From: Magnetococcales bacterium DCbin2
GTDB taxonomy: Bacteria > Pseudomonadota > Magnetococcia > Magnetococcales > UBA8363
DNA: 63,773 bases
Direction: 5' to 3'
NCBI GenBank assembly: GCA_002753615.1
Contig: PEAO01000003.1
Coordinates: 1 to 63,773, forward strand
Each line of letters opens with the position of its first letter. The stretch's first letter is position 1. Shown piece by piece: positions 51,129-60,296 of the stretch. The position numbers and the translations under genes are program-made. The notes beneath the pieces were generated by a model that worked only from the letters and a program-made list of their open reading frames with translations, was not told where the DNA came from and made no database searches.

Positions 51129-52355
51129 ATGTCGTCGGACTTTAATTCCATCAAAGAAATCATCGCTGATTTCCGCCAAGGTCGTATGATCATCCTGGTC
51201 GATGATGAAAATCGCGAAAATGAAGGCGATTTGATCATCCCCGCGCAAGATTGCACACCGGAAGCAGTCAATTTTATGGCCAAGTTTGGCCGTGGTCTCG
51301 TTTGCTTGGCAATGACTCAGGAACGAATCGATTATTTGCAGTTGCCGCTCATGGTGGTGGATAACGATGCCAAGTTCAAGACGGCGTTTACCGTCTCCAT
51401 CGAAGCCAAAACCGGAGTGACCACGGGAATCTCGGCACATGATCGGGCACGCACCATCGCCGTCGCCATCGGTGCCGAAAGTCTGCCGTCCGACTTAGTG
51501 CGGCCCGGCCATGTGTTTCCCCTGGTTGCCAAAGAAGGGGGTGTACTGGTACGGGCGGGACATACCGAAGCCTCGGTGGATTTGGCCCGTATGGCGGGTC
51601 GCAATCCAGCGGCGGTCATCTGTGAAATCCTAAACGAAAATGGTACCATGGCCAGGGTTCCTGATCTGATCCCCTTTGCCAGACAACACGGGCTGAAAAT
51701 TGGTACCATCGCCGATTTGATCTCTTTCAGGACACAAAATGAAAAATTGATCCATCGCCAAGTCGAAACCCGAATGCCTTCTATGTATGGCGGCGAGTGG
51801 CAGCTTTATGTTTACACCAATGATGTCGATGATTTTCAACATGTCGCCCTGATCAAAGGGACTATCGATCCTGAAAAGCCGGTGTTGGTTCGGGTTCACA
51901 GTGAATGCCTGACAGGCGATTTGTTTGGCTCGTTGCGTTGTGATTGTGGCGGACAGTTGCGTTCTTCCATGGAATACATTGGCAAAGAAGGGTGCGGAAT
52001 TGTGCTGTATCTGCGTCAGGAGGGGCGCGGCATTGGCCTGATCAACAAAATGCACGCCTACAACCTTCAGGACCAGGGATTGGACACGGTGGAAGCCAAT
52101 ACGGAGCTTGGTTTTCCGGCTGATTTGCGCGATTATGGCATCGGGGCGCAAATCTTGCGGGATGTTGGGGTGCGCAAAATCAGAATCATGACCAATAATC
52201 CGAAGAAGATCATTGGCTTGGAAGGTTATGGAATGGAAGTGGTGGAACGGGTTCCCATTGCCATTCCCCCTGGACAGGGCAATGCCCATTATCTGGAGAC
52301 CAAACGCCATAAGATGGGTCACCTTCTCCCGGCACATTCGGCGGAAGCATCGTAA
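51129..52355 (+). CDS. ribBA: DHBP synthase / GTP cyclohydrolase II
   Basis: DDENRENEGD, GHTEA, RVHSECLTGD..RCDC, QEGRGIGL motifs. Confidence 0.96.
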   Translation: MSSDFNSIKEIIADFRQGRMIILVDDENRENEGDLIIPAQDCTPEAVNFMAKFGRGLVCLAMTQERIDYLQLPLMVVDNDAKFKTAFTVSIEAKTGVTTGISAHDRARTIAVAIGAESLPSDLVRPGHVFPLVAKEGGVLVRAGHTEASVDLARMAGRNPAAVICEILNENGTMARVPDLIPFARQHGLKIGTIADLISFRTQNEKLIHRQVETRMPSMYGGEWQLYVYTNDVDDFQHVALIKGTIDPEKPVLVRVHSECLTGDLFGSLRCDCGGQLRSSMEYIGKEGCGIVLYLRQEGRGIGLINKMHAYNLQDQGLDTVEANTELGFPADLRDYGIGAQILRDVGVRKIRIMTNNPKKIIGLEGYGMEVVERVPIAIPPGQGNAHYLETKRHKMGHLLPAHSAEAS

Positions 52356-52426
52356 GGTGGCTCAAGTTGCGTGAAAATGTTGCACGTTGCCCATCGGTTT
52401 GACTTTATGCAAGGGGATGAAAACCC

Positions 52427-52903
52427 ATGTCTGAACAGGTTCGCGTGTTGGAAGGTCATTTGGATACCGGTCATGGCCGTAGCTACGGAGTGATTGTTTC
52501 CCGTTTCAACGGCTTCATCACCGAACGGTTGCTGGAGGGGGCATTGGATTGCTTTCGTCGCCACGGGATCGGCACGGAGGCGATCACCGTAGTCCGGGTA
52601 CCGGGGGCCTTCGAAATTCCCATGGCATTGGTTCGCATGGCCAAGAGCGGCCAGTATGCCGGTATCGTGTGCCTGGGAGCGGTGATCCGTGGTTCCACAC
52701 CCCATTTTGACTATGTTGCGGCGGAGGTCAGTAAAGGTGTGGCCTCGGTGGCCATGGAACAGGGAATACCTGTGGGCTTTGGGGTGTTGACGACCGATAC
52801 GGTGGAACAGGCGATTGATCGGGCGGGGACCAAGGCGGGTAACAAGGGCTGGGAAACGGCACAATCGATGATCGAGATGGCAGATTTGTTTACAAAAATA
52901 TGA
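52427..52903 (+). CDS. ribH: Lumazine synthase
   Basis: [27 protein letters not shown] motifs. Confidence 0.96.
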   Translation: MSEQVRVLEGHLDTGHGRSYGVIVSRFNGFITERLLEGALDCFRRHGIGTEAITVVRVPGAFEIPMALVRMAKSGQYAGIVCLGAVIRGSTPHFDYVAAEVSKGVASVAMEQGIPVGFGVLTTDTVEQAIDRAGTKAGNKGWETAQSMIEMADLFTKI

Positions 52904-52977
52904 TACTATTTTAAAATTTCCTATTTTAAAAAAATCCGTGCTGACCAAAACTGTTGGATAGTAACTGAGGTGGTGTC

Positions 52978-53445
52978 ATGGCTCGGAGCGACGATGCAAC
53001 GGATAAAAGCTTGGGAGAGATGGTTGCAGGACAACTCTCTGTAGGACGGCACAAAGCCAGAGAATTAAGTTTGCAGGCACTGTATCAAAGTGATATCACG
53101 GGGGAACATATCCGTCTGGCCGTAGAGCAGTTAAGCGAAGAAAATCACAGTGGACATGTGGACTTGGCTTATTTTCAGAAATTGGCCTCTGGAACCTGGA
53201 ACCGGATTGAAACGTTGGATCCGATGATTTCCCAGGCGGCAGACAACTGGTCGATGCAGCGAATTGCGGCCATTGATCGCAATGTATTGCGGCAGGCGGT
53301 TTTTGAGCTTTTGACGGAGCCGAACCTGGATGTGGGAGTGATCATCAATGAGGCGGTTATCCTCTCCAAACGCTATGGTGATAAAAAGTCGGGCGGGTTT
53401 GTCAATGGGGTGTTGGACCGCTTGGCCCGTGAGATTCGGACTTAA
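52978..53445 (+). CDS. nusB: Transcription antitermination factor NusB
   Basis: RHKARE..QALYQ, IINEAV, FVNGVLD motifs; follows ribH. Confidence 0.94.
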   Translation: MARSDDATDKSLGEMVAGQLSVGRHKARELSLQALYQSDITGEHIRLAVEQLSEENHSGHVDLAYFQKLASGTWNRIETLDPMISQAADNWSMQRIAAIDRNVLRQAVFELLTEPNLDVGVIINEAVILSKRYGDKKSGGFVNGVLDRLAREIRT

Positions 53446-53450
53446 AGTCG

Positions 53451-54485
53451 ATGGGAGTGAAGGGCGTGGCGAATGAAAAAACGGTCTCTTCGTTGGGGGA
53501 GTTTGGACTCATCGACCACTGTTTCAAGGGATTGGGAAAAACGGATGTCCCTGGGATCAGTGCTGGCGTCGGGGATGATGCGGCGGTGCTTTTGGTGCCG
53601 CGAACCCAGGATCTGTTGACCACCTCGGATACATTGGTCGCAGGGATTCATTTTACCCAGGAGACGGACCCCAGGCTGTTGGGTTGGAAAACGATGTGTG
53701 TCAATTTATCAGACATTGCCGCCATGGGGGGAGAACCGCGGTGGTGTCTGCTCTCCATTGCGTTGCCGCCGGAAACACCTTTGGCGTGGGTGGAACAGTT
53801 GGCGTTGGGGATGGATGATGCGGGCAAGCAGTACGGGGTTGCGTTGGTCGGGGGCGATACGTCCGCGACATCAGGTCCGGTGGTATTGACGATCAGTATG
53901 TTTGGGGTGGTCGGTCATGGTCGCGCCATCCTGCGTTCCGGTGCCGAGGTAGGCAATCGGATTTTTGTCTCTGGGACCATGGGTGATTCCGCGCTGGGGT
54001 TACGTCGCCTTTTAGGGGTTGACCTGGGGGGGGCGGCCAATACGGATACAGACGGGACATTTTTTGTGGACCGGCATCTTAAACCCAGTCCGAGAATCGA
54101 CCTAGGGTTGGCGTTGGTCGATGCCTCCGTTGCCCGGGCAGCCATCGATATTTCCGATGGTCTTTTGGCCGATGCTAGGCGTTTGTGTGACGCTTCTGGT
54201 GTCGGGGCCGACCTTGATTTGGGAAAAATCCCCCTGTCCCCAGCGGCCCGTCGATGGCTGGAAAATGGTGGCCCAGATGCGTGGCAAACCCTTTTGACCG
54301 GTGGCGAGGATTATGAACTTTTGTTTACGGTAACCCCGGGTGCTTTGGAATATATCCCAGCCATTGCCACCAATCTTCGTTTGCCGTTGACAGAAATTGG
54401 GGTCATTACGGAACAAAAAGGGATCCGTGTTTTAGACCATGGCACCCCAATGACCATTCAGGGATCGGGTTTCAAACATTTTTGA
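53451..54485 (+). CDS. thiL: Thiamine-monophosphate kinase
   Basis: GEFGLI, GDDAA, NLSDIAAMGG, GGDT, DISDG, GGEDYEL motifs. Confidence 0.96.
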   Translation: MGVKGVANEKTVSSLGEFGLIDHCFKGLGKTDVPGISAGVGDDAAVLLVPRTQDLLTTSDTLVAGIHFTQETDPRLLGWKTMCVNLSDIAAMGGEPRWCLLSIALPPETPLAWVEQLALGMDDAGKQYGVALVGGDTSATSGPVVLTISMFGVVGHGRAILRSGAEVGNRIFVSGTMGDSALGLRRLLGVDLGGAANTDTDGTFFVDRHLKPSPRIDLGLALVDASVARAAIDISDGLLADARRLCDASGVGADLDLGKIPLSPAARRWLENGGPDAWQTLLTGGEDYELLFTVTPGALEYIPAIATNLRLPLTEIGVITEQKGIRVLDHGTPMTIQGSGFKHF

Positions 54486-54635
54486 TTTTTTCGGCTCCAT
54501 TTGGATTCTGGGGTCTTGGTTCGTAATTTCATCAGTCGATGGTGAAATTACGGGTGGCTTTTTTCTTGTTGTGACGATGTAGACAGCCTGCCATTCCTGG
54601 TCATCAAATACCAAGTTTAGACTTGCCTGATCCCA

Positions 54636-55490
54636 TCACTTCCCCCAGGTTTCATGTAGCATCCCTGGAATGCCATCGCCTGCTTTTGCGACGGGTTCTT
54701 GTGTGGCCAAAATACCCAGGGTGCGCAACGCCTCTTTTGCGAGGGATATCCGCAACGGGGCCTGTTCCAATGAAGGCATGGGAATTGTGAGCGCGAAGGA
54801 TAGGCGTTCACCCTGGCGTTCTCCCCATCCAACGTACCAGCCAACCTTGGGCGATGCGGCCACCGCCCAGCCCGTTTTGCCAAAAAGATGCCACCCTTCC
54901 ACCGCCTCTTGCGGCATAACGCGCCGGAGGACCATCATAGAGGATGGTGACACTGGAAGTTGCCCCATAGCCAGTTGCGCCATAAACTTGGCCTGTTCCA
55001 ACGGAGAAATGGACAAAGGGCCATCCAACCAAAACCGATCCACGACTCCGCCAATCTCCGTATTGCCATAGTTCAGCGTAACCAACCACTGGGCCATCCG
55101 TTCCAGACCAATCCTGCGGGCAATCTGTTGGAAAACGGGAACAGCAGAAACGGCCATCGCTTGGCGAAGCGTCATATCCTGTTCCCAAGCCTTGAAGGAG
55201 TAGGCGGTTTTGTCCCAAAAAAATATCTCATCTTCCCGGACGACCCCGGTTTCCAGAGCGATCACAGCTTGGACAATTTTAAATGTAGAGGCGGGCATCA
55301 ACCGTTCCTGGCACCGGGATATGTCGGAAACCAGAGTACGATTCTGAGAGATTTGAACTACGGCAATACACCCTTCGACCCCGGCTTGGTGGAGAACATG
55401 CGCCAAACGCGCATCAAAAACCGGGGCCGTCCATCCCACCGATGCCGTGAACAGTATCATACCGATTAAGCCAAACACACGTTCTCGCAT
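54636..55490 (-). CDS. Class D (OXA-like) beta-lactamase
   Basis: Signal peptide; PASTFK, SAV, YGN, FWLDG, KTG motifs; true start ~55490, as the longer ORF only runs through the repeat. Confidence 0.88.
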   Translation of the reverse strand: MRERVFGLIGMILFTASVGWTAPVFDARLAHVLHQAGVEGCIAVVQISQNRTLVSDISRCQERLMPASTFKIVQAVIALETGVVREDEIFFWDKTAYSFKAWEQDMTLRQAMAVSAVPVFQQIARRIGLERMAQWLVTLNYGNTEIGGVVDRFWLDGPLSISPLEQAKFMAQLAMGQLPVSPSSMMVLRRVMPQEAVEGWHLFGKTGWAVAASPKVGWYVGWGERQGERLSFALTIPMPSLEQAPLRISLAKEALRTLGILATQEPVAKAGDGIPGMLHETWGK

Positions 55491-55529
55491 GAATTTCTCC
55501 ATTCGGATCACCAGCTTGGTATACACCAT

Positions 55530-56026
55530 CAGGGCAATCGCATTTGAAATTGGCATATCCAAGTGTCTCGGAAATAATAAATTATTAAAAGAAAAAAGGG
55601 GTCTGGGGGATTGCCCCCAGGGTTTTGACTTTGCTTTTGACTTTGCTTTTGACTTTGCTTTTTCACGCGCCCCTTCTCCCGAAGCATTTTTCCCGTGCCT
55701 TTTCTTTTTAAAGGGAAAAATGCGCAGGCGCGCGCCTTGGTTTGCCTTTTTTCGCGGTTTTTGCGAAAAAAGGCAAACACAATGCAATGTTGAAGGGGTA
55801 AAAACAGTGCATTATGCTTGATGTTTTTCGCAGAAGGCGCGAAAAACATCAAGCTAAGGCGTGCGCCCTGCGCATTTTTTTTCGCAAAAATAAAAGGCGC
55901 GAAAAAAAATGCTTCGGGATAAGGGGCGCATGAAAAACAAAGTCAAAAGCAAAGTCAAAACCCTGGGGGCAATCCCCCAGACCCCTTTTTTCTTTCAATA
56001 ATTTTCTAGGAGGAGTGAACGGCTAC
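55530..56026. mobile_element. Fold-back element, copy D (long, multi-hairpin), mismatched outer ends
   Basis: Left CAGGGCAATCGCATTTGAAAT, right GTGAACGGCTAC; whole interior is a nested inverted repeat; homologous to copy E. Confidence 0.88.
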
Positions 56027-56074
56027 GAATCAAGACCCCGGAATCCAAATTGAGCCTAAAAAATGTGGGACAAC

Positions 56075-56106
56075 AAAAAAAGGCCGCAAACAGCGCGGCC
56101 TTTTTT
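56075..56106. terminator. Bidirectional intrinsic terminator
   Basis: A7-GGCCGC-loop-GCGGCC-T6, downstream of the minus-strand gene ending at 56134. Confidence 0.75.
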
Positions 56107-56133
56107 CCAAGAAATTCCAGACAAATAGCGTGA

Positions 56134-56451
56134 TCAGCTACCCCAGTTGGAGTATTTTTCACAGATTTTATTAATTTTTGCCCCTTTTTCTGACTCGGAG
56201 AACTTGGCGAGGTCACCCTTGAAATCCTCAGGGGTCTCATTCCACACACACTCGCAAAAAGCCGCCATTTTGGTCTGACCAGCGATCGGGCTGGGGTCAT
56301 TACCACCCTCCCAATTCTTCGTGGAATAGGCCAAGCAAGCCTGATACTGAGGATCACTGCTGGGGACATCATTATAACTGCCAGCGGCAAAGGCCAAGCT
56401 GGTAACGCCGAGGGTTAAAACGGATGCAATCGCAAGCACGGTTTTTTTCAT
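56134..56451 (-). CDS. Small secreted protein with four cysteines
   Basis: MKK-hydrophobic-AFA signal peptide; C..FCEC..C; own terminator. Confidence 0.8.
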   Translation of the reverse strand: MKKTVLAIASVLTLGVTSLAFAAGSYNDVPSSDPQYQACLAYSTKNWEGGNDPSPIAGQTKMAAFCECVWNETPEDFKGDLAKFSESEKGAKINKICEKYSNWGS

Positions 56452-56557
56452 GGTATGTCACATCCTATGAGGGTTCAAGGGCCACGGTCCGACTGACCGA
56501 AGGGGGGCATAATGCCCTTCGGAAAAAAAAAAGTCAAAGGACGTTGCGATGGATCGA

Positions 56558-59329
56558 TTACCGCACCCCTGCCAACTGCAATACGTTCTGGGCCTCCTTG
56601 GACATTCCCTGAACCAAAAGCAATTCGACATAATCGGCCTTGAGACGGGGATCATCCGGTTTTTCCCGCAACAATCCCGCATAGCCCTTTAACGCCTCCG
56701 CCCACCGCCCAACACGCTGGAGCATACGAACCCAGGTCGTCCGTTCGGCATAGGTCGGGTTTTCCACCGTTTTCATCCGCGCCATCGCCTTGAGATAATA
56801 GGGTTTGGCCTTTTCCACCATCCCCAAGGAACGATAGACCTCCGCCAGATAGAAAAAAGGTTCGTAACCATCATCATACCGCGCCAGATACCCCCCCAAA
56901 TAACCCACCACACTCTCCCACTCGCCCGCGTAAAAAGCCATGTACCCCAACCGCTTCAACGCAATCCGATCATCCGGTTTCTGTCTGACGATTTCCTTGT
57001 AAATCGCACCGGCACTCTTGGGAAGATTTTTTTCCTCCGCCAAATTCGCCAACGCCTTCAACCGGGTAATGGATTTCGTTGCCCTGAGTTCACGTTCCAG
57101 AATCTCCTCCATCCTGTGAGTATCCCCAACCCACGCCAACGCTCGCAAATAGGCATCCACCAACCCAGGATGACTCCCCGGCTGCGGTAAACGCGGACCT
57201 GCCAAAAACACCGCCTGCCGCGCCGCACCCACACCGGTCAGAATTTCCACCCACCCCCCCAGATCCTGATCCTTGGAACGGTTGGCTCGTTCCAGCAACC
57301 AATCCAAAGCTTCCTTTTCGGGACGCGGACCCAAGACGTACAGCAACTGCGCCACCTCCGGGCTATCGGGTGGTGCCAGGGAAGCGGCCTCCAGGAAGGC
57401 CCGGATCCCCATCCCCTTCTCCCCCACCTCCAATGCCAACATCCCATACTGCCGACGGCTTTCCGCATCCCCCCCCTGCCCGGGGGTATGGAGCCGTGAT
57501 TGCAAAATACTTATCATCTGGGTGCGTACCGGCTGTTTGGCGCGCCACGAAGCGATGACCACCTCCTCATAAAACCGTTTGCCATCCTCATCCAACAAAA
57601 ATTGAACCGATTTTAACCGTTGCAACGCCGCCATCGCCTGACCTTTGGCCAAATCCAACCGCGCCAACAACAACAGCCGCCCCAACCCCTCCCGGCCCAA
57701 CAGGTTCATCGGATCGTTCATCGGTTGCGCCATCAATCTTCCCACCGCCATTTCCGCCAGTTTTAATTGTTGCGTATCCAAGGCGCGATTGGCGATATCG
57801 GCCAAAAAATCATTGGGTAAGGAAGGGCGTTCGGAAACCCAGGCCATGCACGCTTCCTGACGCACCCCACTCCCCACCATCAAAATCAATCGCGCCTCCT
57901 CAAAGCGTGGACCATTGCGAATGTTTTTTAATTGTTCAAAAAACCTCAATCCACCCGCCACATTTTTCACCTGGATGAAATAACCCGCCAAATCCCGGAG
58001 GAAGGTATCGGCCACCTGCGGATCCCGCGCCATGGCCATCATCATCGCTCCCCCCTCCTCCACCCTTCCTATTTTCACCAACAATGCCGCCAGACGTAAC
58101 CGCCATTCCGGTTCCTTCGTTGCCATCCGTCCCCGCTGCAACCATTCCTCAAGCACCTCCAAACTGGAACCGGCCCGCAATTGCAACTCGGCCACCAACA
58201 CCGGAAACGATGTCAAAAATTTTTTCGCCATGGTTTCCAACGCACCCCGCGCCACAAAGCCCCCCCCATGGTTGACGATGGCATCCCCCAACGCCCTCTG
58301 CAACCAGAAAGGTCTTTCCCCCTCCGGCAAGGTTGCCATGATCCGTGTCGCCACGCCATACCGACGCAATCCAATCGCCAACTCCGACAGTAACGTCACC
58401 CCAACCACCGGCAATCGCCCCTTGCGAAAATAACTTTCTAAAACCGGCCAAGCCACCGCTTCCCGTTTTGTTCTGGCCGCCACCCGTCCCCATTGCAACA
58501 CCACTTCCAAGGAATCGGGCATCAACCGCCGCAATTCTTCCACCCAAACCCACGTCAACTCCGGCGATCCTCCCTGAAGCATCATATCGGTCATCACCGA
58601 TAACGAACGGTCATCCCGCTGCCATGTCAGCCAACTCCGCGCCTCAGCCAGGGCATCCTCCTTGCGCCCCAGGGTGAGCAACGCATAGACCATCATCTGC
58701 ATGGTATCGGGATCCAATCCTCGTGGGATCCGCTTTTTCAAGGCCAGTAATACCTCGACCGCCCGCCCATAATCCCCCCCAGACATCAGCAACCGCGCCA
58801 AATCACGATACCCCGAAGCATGTTCCGGGTACCGTCGCAGCATCTCCTCCAAAATTTTCGTCTCTTTGGTGATATCGGCGTTAAAGCTGTATAAATGCGC
58901 CAGTTGTTGCAACACATCGATGGAGGGATCCAAACGGTGCAATATTTCCAGGTTTGCCAAATAATCCATGGGCCTTTGCGCATATTGATACAGTTTTCCC
59001 AACTCCTTGCGCCCTTCAACGTGGTCCGGCTGGCCTGTCAAAAACGTTTCCAATACCGCAATGGCCTGATCCACCTGGCCATTCTGCAAATAGAGGTTGG
59101 ATAGCGGAACGACAGCCGAATCGGGGAGTTTTTTTCCCCCTTCCATTTCACGTTCAAAATAGGCCAGTGCCTTGGAATAATCCTGGTCACGCAGATGCAT
59201 CAACGCCAACGTCTCCAGAGATGGCAATAACATCATCCCCAGAGCGATTCCTAACAAACACAATACGAAACCTAGAAAATAATATCGAAGCACACCATTT
59301 TCCTGAAATATCTGAAAACCGGGCCGCAT
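56558..59329 (-). CDS. Large membrane-anchored TPR protein (PelB-like scaffold candidate)
   Basis: N-terminal TM, many helical TPR-like repeats; divergent from Pel-like enzymes. Confidence 0.72.
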   Translation of the reverse strand: MRPGFQIFQENGVLRYYFLGFVLCLLGIALGMMLLPSLETLALMHLRDQDYSKALAYFEREMEGGKKLPDSAVVPLSNLYLQNGQVDQAIAVLETFLTGQPDHVEGRKELGKLYQYAQRPMDYLANLEILHRLDPSIDVLQQLAHLYSFNADITKETKILEEMLRRYPEHASGYRDLARLLMSGGDYGRAVEVLLALKKRIPRGLDPDTMQMMVYALLTLGRKEDALAEARSWLTWQRDDRSLSVMTDMMLQGGSPELTWVWVEELRRLMPDSLEVVLQWGRVAARTKREAVAWPVLESYFRKGRLPVVGVTLLSELAIGLRRYGVATRIMATLPEGERPFWLQRALGDAIVNHGGGFVARGALETMAKKFLTSFPVLVAELQLRAGSSLEVLEEWLQRGRMATKEPEWRLRLAALLVKIGRVEEGGAMMMAMARDPQVADTFLRDLAGYFIQVKNVAGGLRFFEQLKNIRNGPRFEEARLILMVGSGVRQEACMAWVSERPSLPNDFLADIANRALDTQQLKLAEMAVGRLMAQPMNDPMNLLGREGLGRLLLLARLDLAKGQAMAALQRLKSVQFLLDEDGKRFYEEVVIASWRAKQPVRTQMISILQSRLHTPGQGGDAESRRQYGMLALEVGEKGMGIRAFLEAASLAPPDSPEVAQLLYVLGPRPEKEALDWLLERANRSKDQDLGGWVEILTGVGAARQAVFLAGPRLPQPGSHPGLVDAYLRALAWVGDTHRMEEILERELRATKSITRLKALANLAEEKNLPKSAGAIYKEIVRQKPDDRIALKRLGYMAFYAGEWESVVGYLGGYLARYDDGYEPFFYLAEVYRSLGMVEKAKPYYLKAMARMKTVENPTYAERTTWVRMLQRVGRWAEALKGYAGLLREKPDDPRLKADYVELLLVQGMSKEAQNVLQLAGVR

Positions 59330-59453
59330 ATCCTACTTTTCGGATGGAATGGCAATAAAAAATATAAAAATCGCCTGGTCGCGTTCCTCCCCTTGTCTCC
59401 AGGGTTTGTCACAAGGCATCCTATGCATCAATGTTTATTTTTGGATGGATACC

Positions 59454-60296
59454 ATGCGCCATTTCCTCTTCCGAACTTTTTTGTTGCCCATCATGGCCCT
59501 TTTCGCAACTACAACTCCAGCCAGCGGTGCCTCCTTCGTCATTTACTACAGCGATCAGGCACCCGTGACCCACTTTGAACCCTTCGACCTCATCGTCTTT
59601 GATACCCTCTACCATCCGCCACTGGAACGCCTGAAAGAACGGGGAAAAACCATCCTCGGTTACCTCAGCCTGGGAGAAGTGGAAAACCATCGACACCACT
59701 TTGCCGATGCCAAGGGACAGGACTTGCTATTTTTTGAGAACGAAGATTGGCCTGGAAGCTTTTTCGTCGATTGCCGAAATCCCCTGTGGACCAAGATGGT
59801 GATCGAAATTCTCATCCCCGATATCCTGCAACAAGGGTTTCATGGTCTGTTCATCGATACCATGGATAATCCCGGCTACCTGGAAGATTTAGACCCCAAA
59901 AAATACCAAGGGATGCGCCTGGGGGGGATCAACCTGATCAAGGCGATACGACGCCATTATCCCGATATTCCCATCATGATCAACCGTGGCTTTGATCTGC
60001 TTGATCACCTCATCTACGATGTGGATAGCATTCTGGCCGAATCCACCCGCAGTACCATCGACCCGAAAACCCAAACCGCCATCCTCACCCCGGATGCCGA
60101 TTATGAGGCCATCACCACCCAACTGCGCCGTTACAAGGAGATCCGCCCACACATCGGCCTCTATTCCATCGATTATTGGGATCCCGCCGACCTGAAAGGA
60201 CGGGCAAACATCTATCGCCAACAACGAGAACATGGATTCATCCCCTACGTCGCCACCCAAAAACTGGATCAGGTTATTTTTGAGAACAAGCCATGA
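59454..60296 (+). CDS. Endo-alpha-1,4-polygalactosaminidase-like glycoside hydrolase (GH114/GH166, PelA hydrolase-like)
   Basis: GYLSLGE, QGFHGLFIDTMD, NRGF, LAES, IDYW motifs; signal peptide. Confidence 0.85.
   Translation: MRHFLFRTFLLPIMALFATTTPASGASFVIYYSDQAPVTHFEPFDLIVFDTLYHPPLERLKERGKTILGYLSLGEVENHRHHFADAKGQDLLFFENEDWPGSFFVDCRNPLWTKMVIEILIPDILQQGFHGLFIDTMDNPGYLEDLDPKKYQGMRLGGINLIKAIRRHYPDIPIMINRGFDLLDHLIYDVDSILAESTRSTIDPKTQTAILTPDADYEAITTQLRRYKEIRPHIGLYSIDYWDPADLKGRANIYRQQREHGFIPYVATQKLDQVIFENKP

Noticed and set aside
55491-55852. N-terminal extension of the 383-aa beta-lactamase ORF and other ORFs over the repeats (e.g. 9646..10146, 62573..63096)
   Set aside because: They translate the palindromic element (KSKAKSKPWGQSPRP recurs at each copy); non-coding read-through.
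56497-56532. Hairpin with A10 run as a terminator for the TPR gene
   Set aside because: On the minus strand the T-run precedes the hairpin, which is the wrong order for an intrinsic terminator.
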